Assembly: GCA_038496445.1 (NCBI GenBank)
Contig: JALMLS010000310.1
Span: forward strand, 310,001 to 374,000
Direction of reading: 5' to 3'
DNA from: Trichosphaerium sp. ATCC 40318
Lineage: Eukaryota; Protista; Tubulinea
Length of the DNA stretch: 64,000 nucleotides
This document shows positions 13,269 through 25,063 of this stretch, one piece after another. The notes under the pieces are model-generated. The model ran no database searches. It was not told the DNA's origin and saw only the letters and a list, made by a program, of their open reading frames with translations. A program made the translations under genes and the position numbers. The number at the start of each line of letters is the position of its first letter. The stretch's first letter is position 1.

Positions 13269-14141
13269 TTATTTTTCCCTTTGAAGATATTTACTAACCC
13301 ATGATGGGGATTGAAGGATTTGGCCAAAATATTCATATTGATGTACTTCTTCTATCTTACCATTTACAAATGTCATACGAATTCGGAGACAACCAATGTA
13401 ACTCCACTCCTTGAATTCTCCTTCGCGCTTACCATTGATGTAAAAACAATATTGGTGTAATTGTCCATTATCATACCAACACTTGTACTCCCCTTCCTGC
13501 TTATCATTGATGTAATAGAATTGTTCTTTCAATTGGCCATTATCATACCAGCCCTTGTACTCTCCTTCTAGCTTATCTTTTATATATTTACATTTACTCT
13601 TAAGTTGGCCATTTTCATGCCAATTCTTGCTCTCTCCTTGAAGGCTACCATTGACGTAATTGATTTGTTCTTTCAATTGACCATGTTTGAACCATGATTT
13701 CTCTTCTCCTTGTCGTATTCCATTTACAAAGTTAAGTTGCCTGAGCAATTGGCCATTTGTAAACCAAACACTGCGCACTCCTTCCAATTTACCATTTATG
13801 TATTGGTGCTTGCTATATAATTTCCCGTTTATTCTCCACTCAGTGCGTGTTCCGTGACGCAGACCGTTCCTAAAATACTCTCGAACTTGCGCTTGCCAGC
13901 TGTTAAAATAATATTTTACCCACTTTCCATGTTTTTCCAGGTCGCTGTCAAACCTTGTCAATGCCGTGTACTTGGATAAAAGTGGCCACTTGATATTAAC
14001 TTCAAAGTCTAAATCTAAAATATCAAGCTGCAGCTCAACTGGAAGGCACAATAAACCATTATCCACTGTTGTGGTATTAATCTGATGATGCTATTAGTAT
14101 GATAAGGTATTAGACGCAACTACCTCGTGTGTTAATTCCAT
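13269..14141 (-). CDS. F-box-like + MORN-variant (MORN_2/YwqK-like) repeat protein, copy 1 (about 7 repeats; 18-nt first exon)
   Basis: LLCLPVELQLDILDLD followed by 24-aa repeats of the type GEYKxWYDNGQLKEQxxYIN. The ORF has no ATG; an ATG exon at 14124-14141 (MELTHE) joins in frame through a 42-nt GTAGTT..CTAAT..CAG intron. Confidence 0.85.
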
Positions 14142-14158
14142 TTGGTGTGACGTGGATA

Positions 14159-14292
14159 TAGAGTGGCAGAAATACCGGTCCGAACCCTTTATGTGAAATG
14201 AACCTGTTCTGGATATGATCCGGTTTGAAACGATTATCATAATACTGTTATGGGAAAAACCTGTGTCTTGAAACCAATATCTGCCACCTCTA
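14159..14292. mobile_element. hAT-like MITE (134 bp)
   Basis: Imperfect TIRs TAGAG-TGGCAGA and (reverse complement) TAGAGGTGGCAGA. The flanking 8-mers CGTGGATA (14151-14158) and CATGGATA (14293-14300) match at 7/8 positions, consistent with an 8-bp TSD. Confidence 0.7.
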
Positions 14293-14823
14293 CATGGATA
14301 TAATTCTTTTCATTCTTTGATTAGTAGAAATGTAGTAATGACATGTTGTTAAAGAGCGTTAATAGTACTTCTTTGAATGAAAAAAAGTAACGAACAAAAT
14401 CACGTGCGCATAGCTAGCTTAGTAGTGGGCAGCTTTTATTTCTATACATTTCGATTCTTTGCTACGTTTATGGGATATTTAGCAGTAGTTGAGAACTATG
14501 TGATTTTATGATAATTACGACGAAAGTTGCCAAGCAATGTCGTGTTTGGAAGAAATAGTTCCGTTTTTGAGATCAAAGTTTCCTTGTCTCACATAAAGTT
14601 TCATGTAATCATGCTAAGTATTTTCTAAAGACCTGATATGGCTGTTTACAATTTGTTTCTGATGACTAGCACGCATGGACCCTATTGTTAAAATACCTGT
14701 CGCTGTGTTACAGTCGACGACCTTGGAACAACAACTCAAAGTGTAGATAACGTAATGAGAAAGCACCAACAAAGCTTTAGAAGTAACAAGTTTATTTAAG
14801 AAAAAAGTTGATGCCAACGGAAA

Positions 14824-15983
14824 TTACTTCTTGACGGTTTTAGCAGGTTGCTTTGTCATTCTCAAGTAAGGCTTCAATGTTTTAAAGTCCTATGATATAC
14901 TTAGAGGTGGTTTGAAAGAGGCGTACGCGAGTAAAAAAATAGTTAAGAACAAAAAAATAAAACTAATAAAATCTGAGAAATGAGGCGTACAGTGAACATT
15001 TCTTTTGCTTTCTCATCGTTGATGCCTGGAAGGATCACAACATCATCTCCTTGTTTCCAGTTAGCTGGTGTAGCGACTTTAGAGCCATCAGTCAATTGTA
15101 AAGCATCAATCACACGAATCAATTCATCTGTAAAAAACCATAAGCAAACAACAAAACAATTCAATCAAATCTCGGTTACTTACCAAAGTTTCTGCCTGTA
15201 GCTGCTGGATATGTAAGAGTGAGTCTCAATTTCTTTGCAGGGTCGATAATGAATACAGAGCGGACCTAGAGAGGCAAAAAATTAAGATTCATTCCAAAAA
15301 AATACGAGTTTTATAAAAGCGGTTGTTTCCGGAAACTTACGGTTAGTTTTCCTTTCATTGTGTCTTCTGCGTTAGGTGCGAGCATACCATAGCTGTTGGC
15401 AATAGCGCGTGTTGGGTCAGCAACGATTGGGAAGTTCATCTAAGCGAAACATGAGAAAACGGTTTTTTCAGTCAGGAGAATGTTCCACCATTTTCTCCTT
15501 TAACACCGTACCTTGGTGCCCTGCGTCTCTTCAATATCTTTAAGCCATCCGTTGTGAGAATCAACTGGATCAACAGAAATAGCAATAGGCTTTACACCGC
15601 GAGCCTTCCATTGGTCTTTAAGTAATTTAGACAATGAATAGAGGCGTAACAAGGTCTAACGTACCACCGTATTTTGCGACTGTTCCCAACTCTGTCGTGC
15701 AGACCTGAAAAGTTTTTGAGTTCACAAACGGAGTAGTATGATTGTTTTAAAGACGCACAGGTGTGTAATCAGCAGGGTGAGAAAAGAAAATAACCCATGA
15801 GTCTCCAGCCCATTTGTGAAAGGATATTTTACCTTCAGTACTGTCTGCTTCGAAATCTGGGCACTATAGGTGAATTAGAAACGAGATAACGCATAATGAC
15901 GTTTTAAAAACTGAACCGAAATAAACGAGGTTAATAAAGATACGTACTGCGTCGCCGAGTCTTAAGTAGTTTGCTTGAGCCAT
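14824..15983 (-). CDS. PRDX6: 1-Cys peroxiredoxin (Prx6 family)
   Basis: LRLGDAV|[12 protein letters not shown]|VCTTELG (peroxidatic Cys), [30 protein letters not shown] and PYLRMT. Confidence 0.96.
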
Positions 15984-16528
15984 GATGATGATGTGTTGTG
16001 TTGATGGGACAAATGAGTTGAAAAAACTTAAACACGATCTACTAAAAAGGAAAGTAGAGTGAGCATGCGCCACACAAGTTTCAAACACGCTTCTTTTATT
16101 TGTCCTACAAAGTAGATGTAATGTTAATCCTCTATAATCTCCTATTTGGAGCTCACAACATAAACGTTTAATCGCGTTTTTCAACTTTCAGCAAACCATG
16201 CTCCAGTTTAACAATAAAGTCTTGTACCATTTCTGAAAGTGGTAATGAACGACAGCAACAGTTCAGAACGGCATCCATATTGTTATTTTATTATCCAAAG
16301 TCAAAAGCAGCAGAAAAGTCCTCTAATTGTTACGAGGGCCTTTGTCGCGCGTAATATTTTCTCGTGCGTAGTACTAGCCACAGCAAACCCAAAACTGGCA
16401 AATGCTTTCAGAATTGAACGGAACAATGAAACATAATTCCCCGCAAACCTGGTTAGTTCTACAACGCTGAACAGAAGGCAATAAAAAAAAAGAATGCAAG
16501 TTACACCTCTTTGTTTTACAAATTGATG

Positions 16529-17488
16529 CTATAGGACTGTACTTTCAATTACTTGGCCATTTCTATCCCAACTTTTGTATTCTCCATTTCGTTTACCTTT
16601 GATGTAATTGGACTGCCTCCACAATTGGCTGTTGTCATACCATTGTTTGCGCTCTCCCTCTAGGTTACTATTGACATAGTTGCAGTGCACGTACAACTGA
16701 CCATTTATATGCCAAGATCTGAACTCTCCATCTAGTCTACCATTAACATATTTACACAGATAGTGCACTTGGCCTAACTCTCGCCATGTCCTGCACTCCC
16801 CTTCTCGTGAGCCATTTACATAATTACAGTGAAGTCCTAATTGGCCATTACTATACCATTCCTTGAATTCTCCTTCTTGTTTGCCATTAATGTAATTACA
16901 CTTCACCCTCAATCGACCATTATCATGCCATTCCTTGCATTCCCCTTCTCGTTTACCGTCTATATAATTACTTTGCTCCTTCAGTTGGCCGTTGTTGTAC
17001 CATGTCTTGTATTCTCCTTCTTGTTTACCATTAATGTAATTACACTGTACATTCAATTGGTCGTTATCATGATATGTCCTGAACCCTCCTTCTCGCTTAC
17101 CATTTATGTAATTACATAGTACCTTCAATCTGCCATTGTCATGCCATGTCTTGAGTTCTCCTTCTCGTTTACCATTGATGTAATTGCACTGCACCTTCAA
17201 TGAGCTGTTGTCATTCCATGCCTTGTATTCTCCATGTAGTACACCATGTTTCCAAACCTCTTGAGTAACAAAGTTGTTGTTTCTTCGTTTTTGCCATTTT
17301 CGGTGCTTTTTTAACTCGCCATCAAATCTTGTAGTCATTGCTGTGTTTTTACAAAGGAGTGGATATTGTACATACACTGATGTATCTAAATCGATAATAT
17401 CTAGCTGAATTTCGACTGGAAGACATAAAAGATGGCAATTGTCAGATTTTACTGTAAATGTGTCTTGTTTGGCTGCTAGGTGCGTCAT
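16529..17488 (-). CDS. F-box-like + MORN-variant repeat protein, copy 2 (about 10 repeats, intronless)
   Basis: LLCLPVEIQLDIIDLD...LLCK, followed by 72-nt/24-aa tandem repeats. Confidence 0.88.
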   Translation of the reverse strand: MTHLAAKQDTFTVKSDNCHLLCLPVEIQLDIIDLDTSVYVQYPLLCKNTAMTTRFDGELKKHRKWQKRRNNNFVTQEVWKHGVLHGEYKAWNDNSSLKVQCNYINGKREGELKTWHDNGRLKVLCNYINGKREGGFRTYHDNDQLNVQCNYINGKQEGEYKTWYNNGQLKEQSNYIDGKREGECKEWHDNGRLRVKCNYINGKQEGEFKEWYSNGQLGLHCNYVNGSREGECRTWRELGQVHYLCKYVNGRLDGEFRSWHINGQLYVHCNYVNSNLEGERKQWYDNSQLWRQSNYIKGKRNGEYKSWDRNGQVIESTVL

Positions 17489-17643
17489 TTTACAATTTTC
17501 AGGCGTTTACGTTGTAACTACAACACGTGGCTATTCAGCTTTTAGAGAGCACTGTGTGCAGTCCTTAATGCATTAAGTCAATGTCTACAACGAAAAATTA
17601 AACTCTGCGAGCCGAAAGAAACCCGAAAAAATCGCTTCAACAT

Positions 17644-17919
17644 ATGGGAAACAAAGCGCCTTCGTATTCTTACTTCTTATTTGAGTTCACTGGCAACAAT
17701 GATGACGAAATGTGGGAATTTAAAGCGAGTTGCCGCGATAATATGGATAAAATTGCGCGAGTATGGGATAGCGATTGCAAAGTACCAGGGTATTCGGGTA
17801 TCGTATATTTGGTGCAATGTAAGAAGAAGTTCAAAGCAGAACACGCAGAAATCATTTCAAGCGCGCAGTTCGACGTGTACGTCAAGGAATGTCAGCGATA
17901 CGACCATACTAGCTGGTAA
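17644..17919 (+). CDS. Small intronless 91-aa protein of unknown function with an N-myristoylation-like start
   Basis: Clean ATG ORF starting MGNKAPS, protein-like composition, head-to-head with the MORN copy-2 gene. Confidence 0.6.
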   Translation: MGNKAPSYSYFLFEFTGNNDDEMWEFKASCRDNMDKIARVWDSDCKVPGYSGIVYLVQCKKKFKAEHAEIISSAQFDVYVKECQRYDHTSW

Positions 17920-18449
17920 TAACCTGAAATCTGTAAAATGAACCACCAATACATTATATGTTTACAGGGTACCAAGGGGGTGGCAAACCCGTTCCCCTTG
18001 AGTATTATATTCATTAATTTCAAAAGTTTTTTGTTTGTGATATTTCGAAAATGACGTCACTTAGACTTGAGTCCATTTGTACTGAAAAGGCAATTGTTCA
18101 TCAATTAACAACTACGAAAATAGAAAAACAGCGGAAAAATTAGTATCATGCCTCTAGTTCAATAATTTGAAAAAACTCATGACTGTGATGCCAGCGTCAG
18201 CGCTTGAGATCTTGTCCTACCGGTGTAGCGTCATAGTTGTAGAATTACTAAATGAAGAAAACAAAATTGTTTACACTTTTCTCGTGTGATGGAGGTGTTA
18301 ACAAAGAGGCTTATAACTTAAATAGATAGAAACCATGCTATTGAAACCACAGTAATAATATTATCACAACGGTTTTTGGTGTCTGAAGGTAAGTTCTTAT
18401 GAAAGACATTACGTTAATACAATTGTTGCCGTGTAAACTAAATCACTTT

Positions 18450-21400
18450 TTATTGCGGTTGGCTCTTTGCCCCATATTGATCTTCCAGCTTCTTTTTAGA
18501 TCCATTCATTTCTTGAATACGTGCACGTGCCTTATTTACATCAAGCTTGTCTTTTACAACTAGGTCTTCACTACAAAAAGTGTTAAAGAATTGTGATAAT
18601 CTCATTGGACCTTTTTTTGTCGTACTTGTTTTGATGCGGCATCTCGATGTTATGGAGTTTTGCTAGCTCGGCTAGTTCAGTTTGAATTTTCCCAATCTCC
18701 TATTGAACTGGTAAGTTTATTTCTAATGCATTGCTGCAACCGAATAAAGTAAGAAATGAAAAAAAAAACCAATCGTTTTTCTCTGTCCTCACGTGATTTA
18801 CGGAAAATAATGTATGATTGTATACATACGCGAGTGGTAGTATATAGATCATACGTGGTTTTGGAAATAAAATAAAAAGGACAGACGCTGTACACAGCGT
18901 TTTAAAAAAGAAAAAATTCTCACCTCCAACAACCATATCTTTTCACTTAACTCCTTCTCTTGCTCTACGATAAAGTTATATATCTCTTTGGTTAATGAAT
19001 TTACATACCGTTATACTTGGCTATACTTCGTTGAAGTTCGTTGATTTTGTTCTTAACCTTTCCACACTCCTTCTTAATTTTTTCAAGTTCCGTAATCTGT
19101 TTTATTGTCAGAGACCACAAAGAAATGTTGAAGCTTCTATGGTACCTCTTTTTTGAGAATCGCAATCTTCTCTTTAAGTTCTTCAATAGTCTTGACAAGT
19201 CCTGGTTTTTCTTCTCTTGCTTTTTCAGCTTGAGGTTTCAGCTCCAAAAACTCAGGTTCAACGTGTTTCCTTGTTTTTTTCTTAACAACACATAAAAAAA
19301 AAAAAAGATGACTTACAAGTTCTCAATCTTATTTTTTAGTACTTCTATATATTCACGAAGCTCTTCATTTGTATCCAATAGTAACATAGGAGTTAATGCA
19401 TTGGCCTGAAGTACTAGACAGGAACAGTTAATAGCTCAGAAATATAGAATAAATAAGTAAAAAAGAAAATAAATTGTATGTTAAAAAGACTAATTAAGAT
19501 TCAAGTGGTACCATCGTTCATAGGCAGCATTGATTGGCGACTAGACTTTTCGTGCCAATCATCCATGTCTCTGTTACGTTGCTCGCACATTGTCCTAAGT
19601 CTGGGGACTTTCAACACAGTGTCAAACAGTTTCGTTAAATCGTATTCCATATCAATAACCTTTCTTTCTATTTTTGCAAAAACAACCCTCGTTTCCTCGC
19701 GCTGTTTCTTTAAGTCCACAAGAAGAGCCTAAATTGAAGATAAATATATATTTTTTCACATTGTAATAATTTACGTGCCTTAAAAGGTCTTAACTTAGCG
19801 GCAAGTTCTTCGCATTGTTTCAACTCTTGTTCTAATCCTGTAATTTTCATTTTTAGTTTCTTAACTTCTTCAATCTCTTGCTTCATCGCTAAGTATTACA
19901 ATTAATATAAAGCTACTCTCTATGTATCTATCACCTTTATTCCTTATTTTAATATTCTCTAGCCTATCTAACTCAGCGATCAAGGTGTTTTTTTCTTTAG
20001 TAAGTTCAACAAATATGGTATGGCTATCATTCTTTATGGGTTCTAGTTTAACCCACTCTACCGGAGTCAACTTCGCCTCTATGTATCTAGGCTGTTGCGC
20101 ATCTTCTGCGGTTATATCGTCAAGTATATGAGGAGCTTGTTCTACGACTTTTTGGCGCAAAGAGTCATATTTTTGTTTAAGTATGGCAACTTCATCTTTT
20201 AAGGCAGAAATTTCTTCTTTCAGTTTAGCATCGATTAAGAACTTAAAGTCGACCTTAACATCATCGCTATTACGAGGTTCAACAGGGTGTCAAATACAAA
20301 GTGCCACATACCTTTTCTCTGGTGATCTTTTAGACACAGACTTCCTGACAGCTCCCCAAAGTCTGCGTGTTTTGGGTGCTTTTTCTTCTTCGTTGGGTTT
20401 ATCCGGTGCTTTAGGTTTTTCTTCTTTGACTGGTTTATCAGGTGTTTTAGGTTTTTCTTCTTTGACTGGTTTATCCGGTGCTTTAGGTTTTTCCTCTTTG
20501 ACTGGTTTATCAGGTGTTTTAGGTTTTTCCTCTTTGACTGGTTTATCAGGTGTTTTAGGTTTTTCTTCTTTGACTGGTTTATCAGGTGTTTTAGTGACTG
20601 GTTTCTCTGGTGTTGGCTCAGGATCAGGTTTAGGCTTCTTTTCATCTTTAAGCGGTTCCTTGGTATCTTTGGAACCCTTTTCACCCCATAATTGTCGGTC
20701 TCCTAGCCCCTCATTATCTGAAAGTTCGTCATCAGACAAATCATCATCACTGTCTTTTGCAGTGTCTAGTGTAAGTTAGTTATCGACTTCTCTATAATTG
20801 TTCTACCTTCTGTAGATGGTTTCTGAGCATCACTTTCAGTGTTTTTATCGCCCCATAATTGTCTGTCACCCATACCTTCATCGTCAGAAAGGTCGTCATC
20901 AGAGAAATCGTCGTCAGAAGAAGTTGTCTTCGGTTTTTCTTTTGGTGACTTGGATTTTTCACTAGGTACTTTCTTCCCTTTTTTAAGTAGTCTCTGTTGT
21001 TGAACTCTCTGCTTTCTCTCCTCAAGTTCTTTCTTTTTATTACGGCGAGCGAATACTACATATTTTGGCACTATTTGAGACTCCTAGGAAATAGTTAAAC
21101 AACAACACTATCGAGAACAAATCTAAAAATAAAAATACCTGGAAAACAACAAGCTCATCGTATTGTGCTCCCTTTCCACCATTATGTATTGTTCCCTTAT
21201 TGTTAACAAGAACTCCATGAGACTGGTAACCCGATATACCTATTTATAGAATGTATTAAGCACGTGAAATTCATGCTAATGTGCTAAAAAAATACCTGGA
21301 TTTCCAGCTAACGAATCAGCGCCCTTGGCCTCCTCAATGGTAGGATATATATTGCCAGGTATCAGGTAACTTATAATGAATACTTTAACTTCTTCTGTAG

Positions 21401-24400
21401 AGTACTTTGATGCATATTTAGAGTCACCTGTAAAGTACATTCCTTTGTGAAAGTCAAAACTAGTCAGGTTGTACCGATTTTTTTATCGTACCTCTTCCAT
21501 ACCACCCTTCATCAACAGTTGCCAATGAAGCAAATCCGGACTGACATATACTCCATACAGCAGCTTCAGATGTTCCATGAACACCAAGAAGAAGCTTCAT
21601 CTAGATTACGTATAAGGACAATCAGTAACTTGTTGTTGAGCTTACTTTTCTGTTTTCATTGAAAGAAAAAGCGTCTTCTCTATCTTGCATGTACTGATAA
21701 ACACGCTTTCTCTTATCAAAATCAGGAAGCTTCTTCCAATGATCCCTATTAAATACATAAGTAAACTAGAAGAGAACAAATAAAGCAAACTTGTGTACCT
21801 CTTGAAAAGCCAAGGTGTTTTCTCCTACAAACTACGGTTAGTGTACTTTTATTTTGTGAAAAAGAGTACCCATTTGTTTAGAAGAGTGTTATACTGCACT
21901 TTAAACTGAGATTCCAGTTCTGGGTTATAAACCGCATACAGTTCATTTATATCAAAAGTTCCACCTCCCAAATTATTGCTAAAACACGTGAATATTTTGT
22001 TGAAAAACAGAAAAAAAGAAGAAAAAGTTGGACGGGTTTTTTTTGTTTTGTTTAATTGTCGTACTTCCAGAAGTCCATGAATTTATTGTACTCTCTATTA
22101 ACCCAATAACCAATACTTTTGCCATCAAGTTTATAAACAGAGTAAGGATTTCTACCGTATCCTTTTGCTTCCCATCCTTCTTGATTTATAAACTGAGTAG
22201 AGAATCCCCAAGGTCTTTGCAAAGGCTCTGCAGTCAAAGAGATAGCAGCATGGTTGCTAAAAAGAACATTAACATAGATAGATGAAAGTCATGTGACGAC
22301 AACAAATATCCAACTATGCAGTCACAAAGTGATGAAAAGAAGGCTAAAACAAAGTTGTTACAAAAAAAAAACTTACTTCATATCAATGTGTGAGTATCCC
22401 AAGTCATCATACTGAGCAAGTTTCGAAAAATTAGCAAATCCTATATCCTCTATACCCTTTCCTAAACCCAGAAGACCCATGTTACTTTCACCTGCAGTAT
22501 GCAATGCGCCGGATTCATCAATAGCGATAATACATGAAGGACTTGAAGCTATTTTAACAAACTTTGGATCGCCTTGCTTGTGTTTAAACACTTTTGGGTC
22601 ATCATTAAGCTTAGTCCACCAATAAACGTCTCCCTTGTCTAGGTCGTATTAGACGTATTCTAAAGGTACGCTTGACATGAGTGTCACACCTGTTATAGCA
22701 CTACAAATTGAGTAGTAGCTTGCGTGAAGGTACACAAATTTCTCTTCGCCTTCAATATACTTATCAAGTTTACAGCCCTGGAAAGTGCCAATAGCCCCAG
22801 AATCTAACAAAATGATTAGCTTTATACTTTTTACCGACCAGTCAACGCACCAGACAATACATAGCTGTGTCTATCCTGCAAAAAAAAACAAAGTCAACGG
22901 AATAATGTACAAACAAAAGAAATCAAAAAGCTCTTCTAGAAATTGCTCTAAGCACGTGATGTACGTACACCGCCTTCGATAGTAACTAATTTTCCAAGAT
23001 TATGGTGAAATAATCCACTAAAACAAATTAGAAACTCAGTAAGAGATAAGAATCAACAAAGATACCTGTGAATAGCATCTCCAGCTTTTCCGTAAATATA
23101 AAGACTTCCCTTGCAATCCAATAGCATAGTAGTCAAAACACCACAAGATAATGATGAGTATATGATCTTATCCTTTGTTGGTCGAAGTTCAGGAGAAAAC
23201 GATGGTTCTTTATTCGGCCAATACTACACGTTTCATTGTCAATAAAATTGATAAACTCAAATAAAACAAAGTACCATTCCCCATATATGGAGCTCATGAT
23301 CTTCTGTCACAGCTGCGCTATGAACATATCCTGCGTTGATTAACCTCACATTACCAGGTAACGAAATACGTTGAGGTGTGCTGAAAGCGAAGCGCTTAGT
23401 ACCAACGCCAACTCTAAGTCATGTTAAGAGAAAAACAGTAAAATCGATTTTGTACGCACTGTCCTTTGTCGTTCAAACCCCAGCCTAGTCCAGTACCTTC
23501 CTCTGTCAAGGCAACACAATGCGCACCACCTGCTGATACGCTTTTTATTTTAGTCGTAAACAAGCTTGTTACAAGCCTTGGACTGAAAGTGTTCTTCGAA
23601 TTTCCATGACCCTAAATTTACTGTCAGTACGTTCGTTTCGATAAAGTCAAAACACATTTTTGATTGACAGCAAAGGTTTGTGGTTAAATCAATACAATTA
23701 ATAGTATTATACAATTTGTGCAAAAAAAATTGTGTGGACACAAAACCGCAAGATAAAAAACACAAAAAATAAAACGATCTCCTTACCAAAATTCCGTTAA
23801 ATCCTCCTCCCCATGTAGACAACCTAAAACAAATTAGCACAAAGTTATAATGTCTAATAACACCTGCTCATCTGATCCCGGCTCTAAGAAAGAATACGTT
23901 AGTACATAACACGTGAGTTGGAAGTATAAACCATCAATAAAATAAAAAAAACACAAATATTAATATGGTCTTACCTTATCCTTGATATGCTCTAAAGCCG
24001 AGTCTATGTCATACAAGAACGGCTTCTCATTTTCCAATGTAAACTTAGCATGTTTTGTTAAAAGTCCAACTGCAGGGAAGAGATCATGAGGATATTCAGA
24101 ACCGATAATACTACGACAACCAAAAAAGCTTCCATTCAATGTAAGAAATATCTGTTGAAAAAAAAAAACGGTTAAATCTCGTTGTTCTGATTCTTTTGGT
24201 CTTACAATGCCTGTCTTTGTATCCATACCAATGCCCACAACGACATCTTTAGCAGACCACGGGTGTGATATTTGCTCTGCATTACCGTTATCAAAGAAGG
24301 TTCCATCATCACCATGCCAACCTTAAGAACATTAATAAAATGGATGTGAACTCCATCGTGTTTCTTTCTGCGCACCTAATGTGTTGTCTGTCCATCCAGG

Positions 24401-24931
24401 TAAATTATCAACTATTTTTATATCCCTTGTAGCTAATCCTATAGCTACGCAAACATCCCCTGACTCCGCTAAATCTGTAACTTTGAGCTAAAAAAATATT
24501 TTAAGTAACTTCGCTTGTAATCTTTCTAACGCATTCTAAAACGATCTTACCTCACAGTACAGTACTTTTTCGTCATCTCCGAGCTTCCAGGGAAGATAAT
24601 TTGTAAAAACACAAGTTACACCTTTACCAGCACGTGCAGACTCTTAAAATAGAAGTGTAAACACAAAATTAAAAACGTAAGAAGCGTTGAAGGTACCTTC
24701 AACGTAATAAAAGAAGTTTCTTCCTTCTTCTTTCAAAACGCCGCTTGCCAGCAACATATTGTTTAGAAGCCTTGCTGTTAGGGGCAATAAAACGTTAAAA
24801 CAAAAAAAACACAAAAACTACGTCAAACAAAATCCGAAAATGTAGGTACGAGAATTTGCAATTCCAAACTTTTGATTGATGTAAACTGTTATCCAATTAA
24901 TTGTTATTAGTTGGATATAACTCCTTTCCAT
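18450..24931 (-). CDS. Large multi-exon SPRY + RCC1-repeat + PARP catalytic + KP-rich repeat + coiled-coil protein
   Basis: SPRY: AIGLAT...LPGWTDNTL|GWHGDDG, DVVGIGMD, LFPAVGL. RCC1: AGGAHCVALTEEG..LGWGLNDKGQ, AGYVHSAAVT. PARP: VHGT...GFASLATVDEGWYGR|GMYFT...YDELVVFQ|ESQIVPKY. The C-terminus is heptad-rich. Confidence 0.8.
20395..20593 (-). repeat. Coding minisatellite, 36-bp unit, about 5.5 copies (KPK[T/A]PDKPVKEE)
   Basis: The unit TGGTTTATC(A/C)GGTG(C/T)TTTAGGTTTTTC(T/C)TCTTTGAC is directly visible. Confidence 0.95.
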
Positions 24932-25063
24932 AAGCTCAAGCTATCACTTTTGCACCTGCCAAAATGAGCAAAATCGCGTACTTTAGCAAGCGATGATAAA
25001 TCATACTATTGAAAAGACAGTCTACCTCAGTCATAGTTTGTAAATAGTTTGAGAACATTTCGA

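Noticed and set aside
16560-17260. 72-nt tandem repeats as a CRISPR array or DGR template/variable repeat pair
   Set aside because: They are in-frame protein repeats with no spacers, no adenine-specific variation pattern evident and no reverse transcriptase in the window.
20183-20779. Plus-strand 198-aa ORF with GLSGVLGFSSLT repeats
   Set aside because: It is the antisense shadow of the KPKTPDKPVKEE coding minisatellite.
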